From: Carcharhinus longimanus
Taxonomy: Eukaryota
NCBI GenBank assembly: GCA_030264375.1
Contig: JASCQW010000133.1
Location: forward strand, 43,862,003 to 43,926,002
Length of the DNA: 64,000 nucleotides
Direction: 5' to 3'
A program made the position numbers and the translations under genes. The notes below the pieces were generated by a model. The model ran no database searches. It was not told the DNA's origin and saw only the letters and a program-made list of their open reading frames with translations. Shown here one piece after another: positions 63,901-64,000 of the stretch (its first letter is position 1; every line of letters begins with the position of its first letter).

Positions 63901-64000
63901 ATAAACATGGTTAGCAATATTCTGAGTAAAAGTCTAACATTTCTATGCTAATAATGTTTTACCATCAACATGAAGAATATTAGCTGGCAGCGGTATAGAA

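Overview
Eukaryotic (vertebrate) DNA from a draft assembly with many N gaps. The repeat content (HE1-type V-SINEs, Deu-domain SINEs, CR1, L2, Rex1/Babar, Penelope-like and Gypsy relics) points to a cartilaginous fish, probably a shark. The minus strand carries the 3' part of an AUTS2-family gene, best matching FBRSL1 (C-terminus ...[15 protein letters not shown]). I traced 13 core coding exons with GT-AG boundaries and consistent phases from 55111 down to the stop at 17314 (equivalent to AUTS2 exons ~7-19); the 5' exons lie outside the window. The most interesting signal is a dense layer of alternative splicing in the middle of the gene: a phase-matched, probably mutually exclusive exon pair that swaps out the HQ/HT repeat, several tandem donors and NAGNAG acceptors, and three in-frame cassette or micro-exon candidates. 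One of these (21 nt) has its 5' splice site inside two competing RNA hairpins. Also present are an intronic tRNA-Leu(AAG) pseudogene and Penelope-like repeats with degenerate minimal hammerhead ribozyme motifs. All family assignments come from recalled motifs, not database searches. I found no evidence of a prokaryote-style novel system.
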